From assembly GCA_965202985.1 (NCBI GenBank), contig CBDBCF010000001.1, positions 2,592,001 to 2,656,000 of the forward strand: a stretch of DNA of 64,000 bases, written 5' to 3'. The notes under the pieces are model-generated. The model was given only the letters and a program-made list of their open reading frames with translations, was not told where the DNA came from and made no database searches. Position 1 is the stretch's first letter; the number at the start of each line of letters is the position of its first letter. The translations under genes and the position numbers were made by a program. The DNA is from Longimicrobiales bacterium. GTDB lineage: Bacteria; Gemmatimonadota; Gemmatimonadetes; Longimicrobiales; Gaopeijiaceae. This document shows positions 21,599 through 33,156 of this stretch, one piece after another.

Positions 21599-21641
21599 CT
21601 GCGGTTGGCCTGTTCGCTACGCCGGACCCGAGGAAGGCTGC

Positions 21642-23203
21642 CTGGACCCGACCCCCGACAACGTCGTCCTCCGAGGCCACGGCCTGGAGCTGTCCGCCAT
21701 CGAAGATGTGGCCCTCGGCAGGGCGTCGGTCTCGATCGGCGCGTTCGCCAAGGAGAACGTCCTTCGCTCTCGGGCGTTGCTGGAGCGCCTTCTCGAAGAG
21801 GGCAAGCCCGTATACGGCGTCACGACGGGCTTCGGACGACTCGCCGGGGAATCCATCCGTCGCAACGAACAGCAGGTCCTCCAGCGGAATTTGGTGCGCA
21901 GCCATGCGGCGGGTACCGGTCGTCCCCTGCCTGCGGCCGAAGTTCGCGCCATCGTGCTGTTGCGCGCCCAGGGCTTGGCGCGGGGGCACTCGGGATGCAG
22001 GCTGGTCGTCGTGGAACGCCTCCTGGAACTCCTTGACCGGGGCGTCAACCCTGTTGTTCCCGAAATCGGCTCCGTCGGCGCCAGCGGCGACTTGGCGCCT
22101 TTGGCTCACGTGGCCTTGGTGCTCATGGGAGAAGGTCGCGCCGAGTTCCGCGGCCGCGAGGGCCCCGCCGCCCATGTGCTGGCCAAGGCCGGGATCGAGC
22201 CGATTGATCTGGCCGAAAAGGAAGGCGTCGCCCTGGTCAACGGCACCCAGGCCACGACCGCGATCGGCGCGCTGGCCCTGGTCCGCCTGGTTCGCGCAAC
22301 GGCCACGGCCGACGCAGCGGGCGCGACCAGCTTGGAAGGGCTTCGGGGCACGCCCTGCGCCTTCCGCCCCGAGATCCAGTCCGCCCGTCCCCATTCGGGA
22401 CAGGTCGAATGCGCCGAGCGCCTGCGCGCCTTGCTGGCCGGATCGGAGATTCGCGAGTCCCACAGAGAAGGGGACCCACGGTTGCAGGACGCTTACTCGC
22501 TGCGCTGCATGCCCCAGGTCCACGGCGCCGCCCGCCAAGCCCTGGACTACGCGAGCCGGATCGTCCAGCAAGAGGCCAACTCCACCACGGACAACCCCTT
22601 GGTGCTCCCGGACGCAGGCGAAGTCCTGAGCGGCGGCAACTTCCATGCCCAAATCGTCGCGCAGGCCCTGGACCTTGCTGCAATCGCGGCGGCGGACCTG
22701 GCATCGATCTGCGAGCGGCGCATCGACCGTCTCCTGAACCCCGACCTGTCCGGCCTGCCGGCCTTCCTCACGCCCCGTCCCGGCGTTCGCTCGGGCTTCA
22801 TGATCGCCCAGGTGACGGCGGCGGACGCCCTGTCGGAGATGCGCGTCTTGGCGTCGCCGGCCAGCATCGACTCCGTGACCACCAGTGCGGCACAGGAAGA
22901 CCACGTGTCCATGGGGATGGCCGCGGCGCGCAAGCTCCGCCGCACCGTGGGGCTCCTGGAGACGGTGCTGGCCGTCGAGTTGCTGTGCTCCGTGCAAGCC
23001 GTGGAGTGCCATCGTCCAATGCGGGCCGGAGCGGGAGTGGAAGCGGTCGTGGCGGCCGTGCGGTCCCGCGTCGAGCCGCTGGACGACGACCGCGCCCTCG
23101 GGACCGACATCGAAGCTGTGGCCGACTTGATTCGGCGCGGCGCCTTCAGCCGGATCGCGGACGACCTCTACGACGCCCGCAAGCGTCAAGCCTCGGAGGA
23201 AAG

Positions 23204-23207
<4 letters not shown>
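21642..23207 (+). CDS. hutH: Histidine ammonia-lyase
   Basis: [20 protein letters not shown] (HAL-type SH), MIO motif [26 protein letters not shown]. Start placed at CTG 21642 after GAGGAAGG because the expected N-terminus ([16 protein letters not shown]) lies upstream of the track's GTG 21708. Confidence 0.93.
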
Positions 23208-24910
<1,703 letters not shown>

Positions 24911-24980
24911 CACGCGGTTCCCCGCGGACCGCCACCCCGCGGACCGCCAGTTCGTCGCGGACCACCCGTATCCCGCCGGA

Positions 24981-26519
24981 CTACATCCGCCGAGCCAAGC
25001 CCTTCATCGCGCGGACGAAAGCCCGGCCAACCTCCTCTTCGCGCGCGTGATGTCCGCCCTCCACGACGCGACGCCCCGACACCCACACGTCCTTGACCGG
25101 ACTCTCCGTCCCCGAGAACACCCACGAATCGAGCACCGCGTGTCCGCTTCGGCCCGCCAACGCTGGATGCTCGGGGTCCAGGACCACGAAGTCGGCGCGC
25201 CGTCCGACCGCTGCTTCGCCCCCATTCCACGCCAACGCCCGGCTCCCGGAACGCCATGCATGGCCCAGCAGCGCGCCGCCCGCGCCCGACGCGCCCCGCA
25301 GCACGCGCCTCGTCTTGAGCGACAGCCGCTGGCCGTACTCCAACGTCCGCAGCTCCTCCACGGGGCTTCGCGCCATGTGGCTGTCGGTCCCGATTCCGAA
25401 GCGGCCCCCGAGCGCCGCGAACGCGCGCAGCGGGAACAGACCGTCGCCCAAGTTGGCTTCGGTCGAAGGGCACAAGCCCACCACCGCGCCGCTGCGGGCC
25501 ACGGCCGCCAGCTCCTCTTGGTCGGCGTGGGTGGCGTGAACCAGGCACCAGCGATCGTCCGCCGGGGCGTGGTCCAAGAGCCACCGCACGGGCCGGCTCC
25601 CGCGGGCGGCTACGCATTCCAGCACCTCGCGCTCTTGCTCGGCCACGTGAATGTGCACGGGCGCACGCGGCCGCTCGCCCAGCAGCGGCTCGGCCTCGGC
25701 GAAGGCGCCCTCCGGCACCGCGCGCAGACTGTGAAGCCCCCATCCCAGCAGGCGGTCGTCCCGCCCTCGGAACGCCGGCTCCAGGGATTCGCGCAGGCGC
25801 GCCAACCCGTCCACGTCCATCCGAAACCGGCGCTGGCCGCCTTCCAGAGCCTCGCCGCCGAAGCCGCCGATCTGGTACGCGACGGGGACGTGAACGAGGC
25901 CGATCCCGGCGCGGTCGGCAGCCTCCAGGAGCCGCCGGCTCATCTCCGCCGGATCGTCGTAGGACCGCCCGTCGGGCGCTCGGTGCAAGTAGTGGAACTC
26001 GCCCACGCACGTAAACCCGGCCCGAAGCAGCTCCACGTAGAGCTGCGCGGCAATGGCCGCCATGTCGTCGGGCGTCAGGTGGCGCAAGAACTCGTACATG
26101 ACTTGGCGCCAGCTCCAGAACGTGCCCGGCGCCTCGGAAAGGCCCGGCCCGGCGGACACGCCCGTTCTCGCGCCCGGCCCCTTGGCCAAGTCGGACGTCG
26201 GCCGCCCGCCCGGCCCCTCCGCAAGTCCCGCCAGTCCCCGCTGAAAGGCGTGACTGTGGACGTTGGGAACGCCGGGGACGGCCCACCCCGCGATCTCCTC
26301 CACGTTGCGGGACGCCGCTTCTGCGCGGCTAGGCCCGTCCCCTCCGACGCCGCCGGCCTTTTCCACGCCGCCGGCCGCCGGCTCGGGGCCGCCCGACGTC
26401 GGGCTGGACGCCATGGCCGCGATCCGGCCCCGATCGTCCACCTCCACTTCGACGTCGCGACGCCAGTTGTCTCTCACGAGCAGTCGGTCGAAGCGCAGGG
26501 TGGGGCGGGACGGGTTCAT
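24981..26519 (-). CDS. hutF: Formimidoylglutamate deiminase
   Basis: PGVPNVHSHAFQR, TFWSWRQVMY, GEFHYLH, HIHVAEQ, CPSTEANLGDG, GTDSH. Confidence 0.95.
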   Translation of the reverse strand: MNPSRPTLRFDRLLVRDNWRRDVEVEVDDRGRIAAMASSPTSGGPEPAAGGVEKAGGVGGDGPSRAEAASRNVEEIAGWAVPGVPNVHSHAFQRGLAGLAEGPGGRPTSDLAKGPGARTGVSAGPGLSEAPGTFWSWRQVMYEFLRHLTPDDMAAIAAQLYVELLRAGFTCVGEFHYLHRAPDGRSYDDPAEMSRRLLEAADRAGIGLVHVPVAYQIGGFGGEALEGGQRRFRMDVDGLARLRESLEPAFRGRDDRLLGWGLHSLRAVPEGAFAEAEPLLGERPRAPVHIHVAEQEREVLECVAARGSRPVRWLLDHAPADDRWCLVHATHADQEELAAVARSGAVVGLCPSTEANLGDGLFPLRAFAALGGRFGIGTDSHMARSPVEELRTLEYGQRLSLKTRRVLRGASGAGGALLGHAWRSGSRALAWNGGEAAVGRRADFVVLDPEHPALAGRSGHAVLDSWVFSGTESPVKDVWVSGRRVVEGGHHAREEEVGRAFVRAMKGLARRM

Positions 26520-26615
26520 GGACGGCTACGTTCCTGCAGGATTGCGCATCCGCAAGGTCCGGCCCGACAATCGTCGGCGACGGTCGCAAAGCAACCGCAG
26601 GCGGAGGAGGACCGC

Positions 26616-27848
26616 GTGTCGAAGCCGGCGTGGGACAGGCTGTGGATCGGTGCGAACCTGGCGACCATGACGGACGCGGCCATGGGGATCGTCGAGGACG
26701 GCGCCCTTGCCGCCAAGGACGGACGGATTGCATGGGTGGGCCGGGCGCGGGACCTGCCGAGGGACGCGCGGACGCGGGCCAAGCACATGGTCGAGTGCGA
26801 CGGCGCCTGGATGACGCCGGGGCTGATCGATTGTCACACGCACCTGGTGTTCGGGGGCGACAGAACGGGCGACTTCCGGCGGCGACTCGGGGGCGAATCC
26901 TACGAGGAGATCGCGCGCGCCGGGGGCGGCATATGGTCCACGGTACTGGCTACGCGTCGCGCCTCTTCGCGAGAGCTGGCCGAGAGCGCGTCGGCCCGAG
27001 CGCGAGAACTGACGGCGTGGGGCGTCACGACGATCGAGATCAAGTCGGGCTACGGCCTGGACGTGGAGACGGAGCTGAAGATGCTGGACGTGGCCGCCGG
27101 ACTCGGGCGCAGCCTTCCCGTGGACGTGTCGCCCACCCTGCTGGCGGCCCACGCGCTGCCCCCGGAGTATGCGGGAAGGCGGGCCGAGTACGTGCAGCAT
27201 GTCGTGGAGGACATGATTCCTGCCGCTGTCGAGCAAGGCCATGCGACGGCGGTGGACGTGTTCTGCGAAGGCATCGCCTTTTCGCCCGCCGAATCCAGGG
27301 CGGTTCTGGAAGCCGGTCTTGCCGCCGGCCTTCACGCCCGTGTGCATGCCGACCAGCTTTCCGACACGGGCGGCGGCGCGCTCGCGGCGTCTGTGGGGGC
27401 CCGCTCGGCCGATCACCTGGAGCACCTTTCGTCGGAGGGCGTCGCGGCCATGGCCGAGGCGGACGTCGCAGCGGTCCTCCTGCCTGGCGCGGCGTACACT
27501 CTGGGCGCGGACCGGAAGCCTCCCGTCGGTGCGCTGCGGAGGGCGGGGGCGACGCTGGCCCTGGCCACGGACGCCAACCCGGGGTCGTCCCCGATCACCA
27601 ACGTGGGAATGATCCTCAACTTGGCCTGTCTCCTGTTCGGGACGACTCCAGCCGAAGCCCTGACGGGGTTCACGCGCGCCGCCGCCAAGGTGCTCGGCCT
27701 GGAAGACGACCGGGGCGCCCTGGAGCGCGGGAAGCGAGCGGACCTAGCGATCTGGAACGTGCGTGACGTTGCGTTCCTGTGCTACTGGATGGGCCAAAGC
27801 CCGTTGGCCGGCTTGGTCAAGGACGGCGAGCCGGTCCTGTCGCGCTAA
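26616..27848 (+). CDS. hutI: Imidazolonepropionase
   Basis: TPGLIDCHTHLVFGG, SYEEIARAGGGI, EIKSGYGLD, VDVFCE, HADQL, SADHLE, ATDANPGSSP; GTG start after GGAGGAGG. Confidence 0.96.
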   Translation: MSKPAWDRLWIGANLATMTDAAMGIVEDGALAAKDGRIAWVGRARDLPRDARTRAKHMVECDGAWMTPGLIDCHTHLVFGGDRTGDFRRRLGGESYEEIARAGGGIWSTVLATRRASSRELAESASARARELTAWGVTTIEIKSGYGLDVETELKMLDVAAGLGRSLPVDVSPTLLAAHALPPEYAGRRAEYVQHVVEDMIPAAVEQGHATAVDVFCEGIAFSPAESRAVLEAGLAAGLHARVHADQLSDTGGGALAASVGARSADHLEHLSSEGVAAMAEADVAAVLLPGAAYTLGADRKPPVGALRRAGATLALATDANPGSSPITNVGMILNLACLLFGTTPAEALTGFTRAAAKVLGLEDDRGALERGKRADLAIWNVRDVAFLCYWMGQSPLAGLVKDGEPVLSR

Positions 27849-28117
27849 TGGGAGCCGGAAGCGCCGTTGGCCGCCTCCGCCAGCATGGCGTCCCCCGTCT
27901 CGCACTCCGCCACGGCATGGCCCACCTGCACCAGCTGCTCGGGACCCATCGCCCCCACCAGACCCTCCAGACGTTCCGCCGTCTCCGCTCCGAACTTCCG
28001 CGACGCCTGCCGAAGCACCATCTCCCGGTGACCTCGGGCCACGCCCTGCTTCACGCCCCTCGCCATGCCCCTGCGCTCGTGTCCCTCCACCCACTCCTCG
28101 TAGTACGTCTGCCCCAT
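27845..28117 (-). CDS. Putative in-frame small intragenic antitoxin-like protein (Rpn-S, 90 aa)
   Basis: Internal AGAGGAGGCGTTGGAG-ATG (SD-like plus ATG) immediately before the C-terminal domain MGQTYYEEW... Confidence 0.45.
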   Translation of the reverse strand: MGQTYYEEWVEGHERRGMARGVKQGVARGHREMVLRQASRKFGAETAERLEGLVGAMGPEQLVQVGHAVAECETGDAMLAEAANGASGSH

Positions 28118-28987
28118 CTCCAACGCCTCCTCTGGTTGAATGATCCCCTGCACGATAACCTCCCTCCGCTCCGCCGGCACGCCCGCCGCTCGCATCCGCT
28201 CGTCCGTCCACTGTGCGAACGCCTCCCGGAACGAGCGATGCGCCTCCCCGGCCTGCTGCCCCGCCAGCGAAGCGTACACGCACGGAAAGGCCGCCCCCAG
28301 CGGCGCCCGCTCCAACGCGCCCAGCCACCCCAGCAACGAGTCCGCCGGCAGCGTGCCCTCCGCCGACGCCGACTGCAAGTCCAGCACGACGCACCGGTGC
28401 GCGGTGCCAAAGCCGGCTACGGCGCGCACCACGGCCGGCGGCGGTGCCGGAGTGCGCGTTAAGGCGGCCAAGCTCGTCTCCGCAGGCCAGCGCTTCGGAC
28501 CGGTATGGAGGACACAGGAGAGGAGCAAGGGCACGGTGCCACCGGGGTCCAGCATCTTCGGGTTGGCCCGCAGCGCCTCGACCATGCCGACGGCGTAGTC
28601 CAAGGTGCGAAGCGCCATGTCGGGATCGTGGGACGCCTGGAATTCGACTAGGAAGACGACCGAGGCCTTGCTGTCCTTGAACCAGACGCGGAGGGCGAAG
28701 TCGGCCAGCCTGCGCTTGAGGCCCTTGGAGATCGTCTCGGTGGCGACGACCGCGGCGGTGTCGAGGTCGAGGTGCTCGTGCCACTCGACGGCCAGGAAGT
28801 CGCGGATCAGCGACTCGATTGCTGCGCCGTGGGCGAAGAGGCCCTTGTAGGTCTGGTCGTGCCGACGATGCTCGCGCTCTTCGGGCTCGTCGTCCCGGGG
28901 GTCGCGGATGGCATCGGCGTCGTGGTCGGTCAGGTGGGACGAGTCGAGGGCTTCGGGCAGTCGGGTCTCGTTGGGGGATCGGTCCAT
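27845..28987 (-). CDS. Rpn/YhgA-like PD-(D/E)XK nuclease (recombination-promoting nuclease family), copy 1
   Basis: HDQTYKGLF, RRLADFALRV...LVEFQASHDPDMALR, and C-terminal G-x-x-x-G repeats followed by RQASRKFG. ATG 28987 (MDRS...) matches the start of copy 2 (MDRP...). Confidence 0.85.
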   Translation of the reverse strand: MDRSPNETRLPEALDSSHLTDHDADAIRDPRDDEPEEREHRRHDQTYKGLFAHGAAIESLIRDFLAVEWHEHLDLDTAAVVATETISKGLKRRLADFALRVWFKDSKASVVFLVEFQASHDPDMALRTLDYAVGMVEALRANPKMLDPGGTVPLLLSCVLHTGPKRWPAETSLAALTRTPAPPPAVVRAVAGFGTAHRCVVLDLQSASAEGTLPADSLLGWLGALERAPLGAAFPCVYASLAGQQAGEAHRSFREAFAQWTDERMRAAGVPAERREVIVQGIIQPEEALEMGQTYYEEWVEGHERRGMARGVKQGVARGHREMVLRQASRKFGAETAERLEGLVGAMGPEQLVQVGHAVAECETGDAMLAEAANGASGSH

Positions 28988-29280
28988 TGGGCGAGCGGCC
29001 TTCCGGCGGGGGTTCCATGCCGCATCTCGGGAGCTCGGGAGCCGGGGGACCGGCCCGCTCCTCTGGACGGATACCCAAACGATGGGGCCGAAAGCTGGGC
29101 GTTTGGATAGCTGCTTGGGACACACTTCTCGCCGGACGTCTCGGGACTACCGCGAATCCGTGCCAAGCCCCTTGTCGTGCAACGGATTTCGCACGCTCCC
29201 GGCGGCGGAGTTTCCGCCTCGGGGGCCAATACGCGGACCCCGGCCGCGCGAGAGCGGCCGACCCCAAGCGTCCCGGGTCT

Positions 29281-30615
29281 TTACCCTCCGCGCCGACGGA
29301 CCGGGCGTTTGGCCGGAGCCCGCTTTCCCCCTGGGCGCGACGGAGCCGGTCGGGCCTTCGGCGGTGGGCGCCGGACGACTGGCCGGGCCTGGGCGCGCGG
29401 CCGCGTCGCTGGGGCCTTCCGAACCTTTGGCGCCGAACCCCGCGGTTGCGGGCGCACCGTCGCTGGCGAACGTCTGGATGGCGTTGCCGGTCGGGCTTGC
29501 GGGCGCCTCGTCGGGGTCGTCGGTCTTGTTTGCGGCAGGCGCCTCGTCGGCGTTGCCGGTCGTGTCTGCGGCGAACGTCTGGATGGCGTTGCCGGCGTTG
29601 CTTGCGGTACGCGCCTTACGGGTGGTGTCGGACGTGCCTGCGGCCTGCGCCTTGTCGGAGCTGGCCGCGCTTCCTGCGTCGGCCGGGGGCGTGCACCCGC
29701 CCGTACGTCCGGGCGCGCCGGGGCGCGAGGCGCCGCTTCGGGGTTGCTCGCCCGCGTGCGAGGCCGTGCCTTGCGGCGTTCCGGAGAAGATGGATTCGCC
29801 CGGATGTTGTCCCGGGTTGCCGGCCCTATTCTCGGAACGGCCCGGCGCAGCGGCGAAACCTTGGACACCGGTCGCTCGGGGCCGTTGTCGGTTACGTAGA
29901 CTCTGGGGTCTTCCTTGAAGCGCGGGCCGAAGAGGGGCGACCGCCGCCAGACGCGGTCCCTGCCACCGGCGTATCGCCCGGGGCGCACATGACCGGAACC
30001 CGGACGGCGCCAACCGGCGCGGCCATAGTCCCAGCGGCTCCAGCCATGATCCCAGCGGTCCCAGCCATAGGCCCACCGGTCCCAGCCGCGACCCCAACCG
30101 CCCCAACGACCCGGCCCAGCCCAGGCGTGCCCCCACCGACCCCACCGACCCCCGCGGACCCATCGCACGGGAATGGCCCAGCCCCACGGATCGTACCGCC
30201 ACCCCCAGCCGCCGCCCCTCGCGTACCAGCGCGACGGCCAGCCGACATGGACGAACGGTCCCCAAGACAGGTAGCTGCCGACATGGTGCCAGCCGCAGCC
30301 GACCAACGGGTACGGTTCGTGCTGGAGCCAATACGGATCGCCCCAGTACGGATCGCCCCAGTACGGGTCGTCCCAGAGGCCGTGCCCGCAATGTGCGCGA
30401 CCGTGGCCGAGTCCCCCGTCAAAGCCGAGCGAGACCACTGTCGCCGGCCCCGATCGATACGCCAGCCCCACGCCGAGTCCGCTCCACGGCGCAACGGACG
30501 GGGCGCCGACCGCGAGGCCGATTCCCAGCGATACGTGGCTTGCCACCTGCGCCGTGGCGGACATCGGAACCAGAATCCCGACCGCCGCCGACAAGAGCTT
30601 CATCCCGAGCTTCAT
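29281..30615 (-). CDS. Secreted low-complexity hypothetical protein (Trp/Gly-rich middle, Pro/Arg-rich tail)
   Basis: SD GGGAGGAGGA before ATG, signal peptide ending ATA-Q, DPYWG x3, GW/RW repeats, duplicated PATPSRRSP. Confidence 0.7.
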   Translation of the reverse strand: MKLGMKLLSAAVGILVPMSATAQVASHVSLGIGLAVGAPSVAPWSGLGVGLAYRSGPATVVSLGFDGGLGHGRAHCGHGLWDDPYWGDPYWGDPYWLQHEPYPLVGCGWHHVGSYLSWGPFVHVGWPSRWYARGGGWGWRYDPWGWAIPVRWVRGGRWGRWGHAWAGPGRWGGWGRGWDRWAYGWDRWDHGWSRWDYGRAGWRRPGSGHVRPGRYAGGRDRVWRRSPLFGPRFKEDPRVYVTDNGPERPVSKVSPLRRAVPRIGPATRDNIRANPSSPERRKARPRTRASNPEAAPRAPARPDVRAGARPRPTQEARPAPTRRRPQARPTPPVRRVPQATPATPSRRSPQTRPATPTRRLPQTRPTTPTRRPQARPATPSRRSPATVRPQPRGSAPKVRKAPATRPRAQARPVVRRPPPKARPAPSRPGGKRAPAKRPVRRRGG

Positions 30616-31124
30616 CTCGTCCTCCTCCCTAGTGGGGGTTCGACTGCTGCCCCATCATACAGCAATTTGCGTGCCAAAGTTGCAATCGACGAATCCCGTC
30701 GGAGCCGACGTGCTCCCGCGAGCAACGCGCACCTGTGCAGGCGTCCGTGATTTCGGTACGCCGGGCGAAGCGAACTGTGGACACTGGAACCCTGAACGCC
30801 CGCCAAATGCATGTGGACGCTGTCGCCCCGCCGCCGGGGGTTGCGCTTGCGAATCGCGACCGAATGGTCAATCTTGATAGACCGTCGCTGTGCCGGCCCC
30901 GCCGTTTTCTGTGCGTGGGCGCCGTCCGCGGCGCGCCTACTCGGGACCTCGATGTCCCGTTTTTCGCGGCGAAGCCCCTGTCCGAGCCCTGCGGAAGCCC
31001 CGCCTAGACCGGAAGCGCCTCGTGCTCCCGGCCCTTGTGCCCGGCTCCCGGCCCGTACCTGGGAATCGCCACCGCAGCACGCTTGGCCTCACGCCAAGCA
31101 AACATCTGGAGATCGCAGAAGATC

Positions 31125-32576
31125 GTGACCGATCAGCCTATTCCCGGGCCCCGGGAAGACACGAAAACCGACCACGCCTCCACCTCCTCCACCACCGAAG
31201 CCGCCCCCTCGATCGGCCACGCGCCGCCGCAGGACACGCAGGACGACGGCGCAGCCAGCGCGGCCCAGACGAACGCTGCCCAGGCGGACGGTGGGCCTCC
31301 CGCCGACCCCGCAACCCAGAGGCGCTCGGGAGCACCGCGCCGACGCCGACGCTCGAGAGGGCGGGGACGCCGCCGCCGGGGCCGCAGGCAGCAGCACGTC
31401 GAAGAGCAGGTCGTCCCCAACGACGACGAGCCGCGAGAACCGGGGCAGCTCCTGGGCGTGCTGGAGGTTCTTCCCCGGGGGTCGGGCTTCATCCGCCGAG
31501 CGGACGGCGGCTACATCGCCGGCCAGGACGACGTGTACGTCGGCTCGCGCCTGATCCACCGCTTCGGGTTGCGGACGGGCGACGAGCTGACCGGTACCGT
31601 CGGCCACCGGCCTCGCAACGGCAAGAGCCCGCCGCTTCGCTTCCTGGACTTCGTCAACGGAGGTCCGCCGGCCGACGCCGCGCACCGCCCCGAGTTCGAC
31701 CGCCTCAGCGCCATGCACCCCCGCGACCAGCTCCAGTTGGAGTGCGGCCGCGAGTTCGGCGGGGAACCCGACCTCACGAACCGGGTCATCGACCTGTTCT
31801 GTCCCTTGGGCAAGGGGCAGCGCGGACTGATCGTCGCCCCTGCCAAGGCCGGCAAGACGACGGTGCTCCAAGCGGTGGCCGAAGGCGTCGTCAAGAACCA
31901 CCCGGAGTGCGAGCTCATGATCCTTCTGGTGGACGAGCGGCCCGAAGAGGTCACCGAGATGGAGGCCTGCGGCTTCGGCGAGGTGATCGCGTCCACCTTC
32001 GACTTGACCGCAGAGCGCCACTGCCAGGTCGCGGAGATGACGCTGGAGCGCGCCCGGCGACGGGTCGAAGCCGGGAAGGCCGTGGTGATCATCCTCGACT
32101 CGATCACGCGCTTGGCCCGCGCCCACAACACGGTGGAGGCCGGAAGCGGGCGCACCCTGTCCGGCGGACTCGACGCCAACTCGCTGGAGAAGCCCAAGCG
32201 GTTCCTGGGGAGCGCGCGGCTGATCAAGGAGGAGCAGGGGGGCGGCTCGCTCACGATCATCGCCACGGCGCTGGTGGACACGGGCTCGCGCATGGACCAG
32301 GTCATCTTCGAGGAGTTCAAGGGGACCGGCAACAGCGAGCTGGTCCTGAGCCGCGAGCTGGCGGACCGGCGCATCTTCCCGGCGATCGACCTGAAGGCGT
32401 CCGCCACCCGGAAGGAAGAGCTTCTCCTGTCGCCCGAGGCCCTGACGATGTCGCGGGCCATGAGGCGCAAGCTGTCGAACTCCTACCCGGCCGACGCCAT
32501 GGACGAGCTGCTTCGCGTCATGCGGCAGACCTCCACCAACGCCGAACTCATCTCGGTGGCGATGGAGCGACTCTAG
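31125..32576 (+). CDS. rho: Transcription termination factor Rho (atypical N-terminus, possibly a second paralog)
   Basis: GVLEV...GFIR, DVYV, GLRTGD, GKGQRGLIVAPAKAGKT, DERPEEVTEM, LDSITRLARA, TGSRMDQVIFEEFKGTGNSEL. Start uncertain (GTG 31125 or TTG 31035). Confidence 0.93.
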   Translation: MTDQPIPGPREDTKTDHASTSSTTEAAPSIGHAPPQDTQDDGAASAAQTNAAQADGGPPADPATQRRSGAPRRRRRSRGRGRRRRGRRQQHVEEQVVPNDDEPREPGQLLGVLEVLPRGSGFIRRADGGYIAGQDDVYVGSRLIHRFGLRTGDELTGTVGHRPRNGKSPPLRFLDFVNGGPPADAAHRPEFDRLSAMHPRDQLQLECGREFGGEPDLTNRVIDLFCPLGKGQRGLIVAPAKAGKTTVLQAVAEGVVKNHPECELMILLVDERPEEVTEMEACGFGEVIASTFDLTAERHCQVAEMTLERARRRVEAGKAVVIILDSITRLARAHNTVEAGSGRTLSGGLDANSLEKPKRFLGSARLIKEEQGGGSLTIIATALVDTGSRMDQVIFEEFKGTGNSELVLSRELADRRIFPAIDLKASATRKEELLLSPEALTMSRAMRRKLSNSYPADAMDELLRVMRQTSTNAELISVAMERL

Positions 32577-33156
32577 GGTCCGGCTGCGGCTCGCCTTGGG
32601 CGCGAGGCTCCACCAGCTCCCGGAGGCGTTCCAGGCTGTCCTGCAGCACCTGCCCCTGGGACTTCTCCATCGCCAGGGCGGTCCAGCCGAGAAGGGGGTT
32701 CCAGCCTAGATTGGCCCGCTCGGTCCAGGTCACGATGGACACGACGGCCGCCCCGGCCGCGGCGCTCCGGCCCTCCACGACAAGCGTGCCCTCGAAGCGC
32801 AAGGCGCCTTCCTCGACCTCGACCACGTAGTCCACCCGGGAGGGCGGATGCGCGGCGGTCAGCGTGAACGAGCCCGATCCGACGCCGGGGTCGTCCCACG
32901 CTCGACGCGCGCCCGGCCCCGAGGCCGGCCCCTCCATGCGGGACTCGACTTGGCCCCACGGCGCCCACTGGTCCCAAGCGGCCAGCTCGTTCAGGAACGG
33001 GAAGACCGCTTCCGGCGCGGCCCGTACCTCTACCGAGCGGACCACCTCCACGCGACCCGGGAGCAGAACCCCGACCACCACGAACGCGCCCGACGCCAGC
33101 GCCAGCGTCCCCATGCCCCACGCCAGCCCTCGGGCCAGCCTTCTGGACCTCAGCAC
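32548..33156 (-). CDS. SRPBCC (START-like) family protein with N-terminal membrane anchor
   Basis: LP..VEVVRSVEVRAAPEAVF...L..W..WAPW, GPGARRAW, ends SLERLRELVE; GTG start overlaps the arylesterase stop. Confidence 0.8.
   Translation of the reverse strand: MLRSRRLARGLAWGMGTLALASGAFVVVGVLLPGRVEVVRSVEVRAAPEAVFPFLNELAAWDQWAPWGQVESRMEGPASGPGARRAWDDPGVGSGSFTLTAAHPPSRVDYVVEVEEGALRFEGTLVVEGRSAAAGAAVVSIVTWTERANLGWNPLLGWTALAMEKSQGQVLQDSLERLRELVEPRAQGEPQPDPRVAPSPPR

Noticed and set aside
27845..28987. Rpn genes as IS transposases
   Set aside because: No terminal inverted repeats or target duplications seen; the family is a PD-(D/E)XK nuclease and the two copies are highly diverged.
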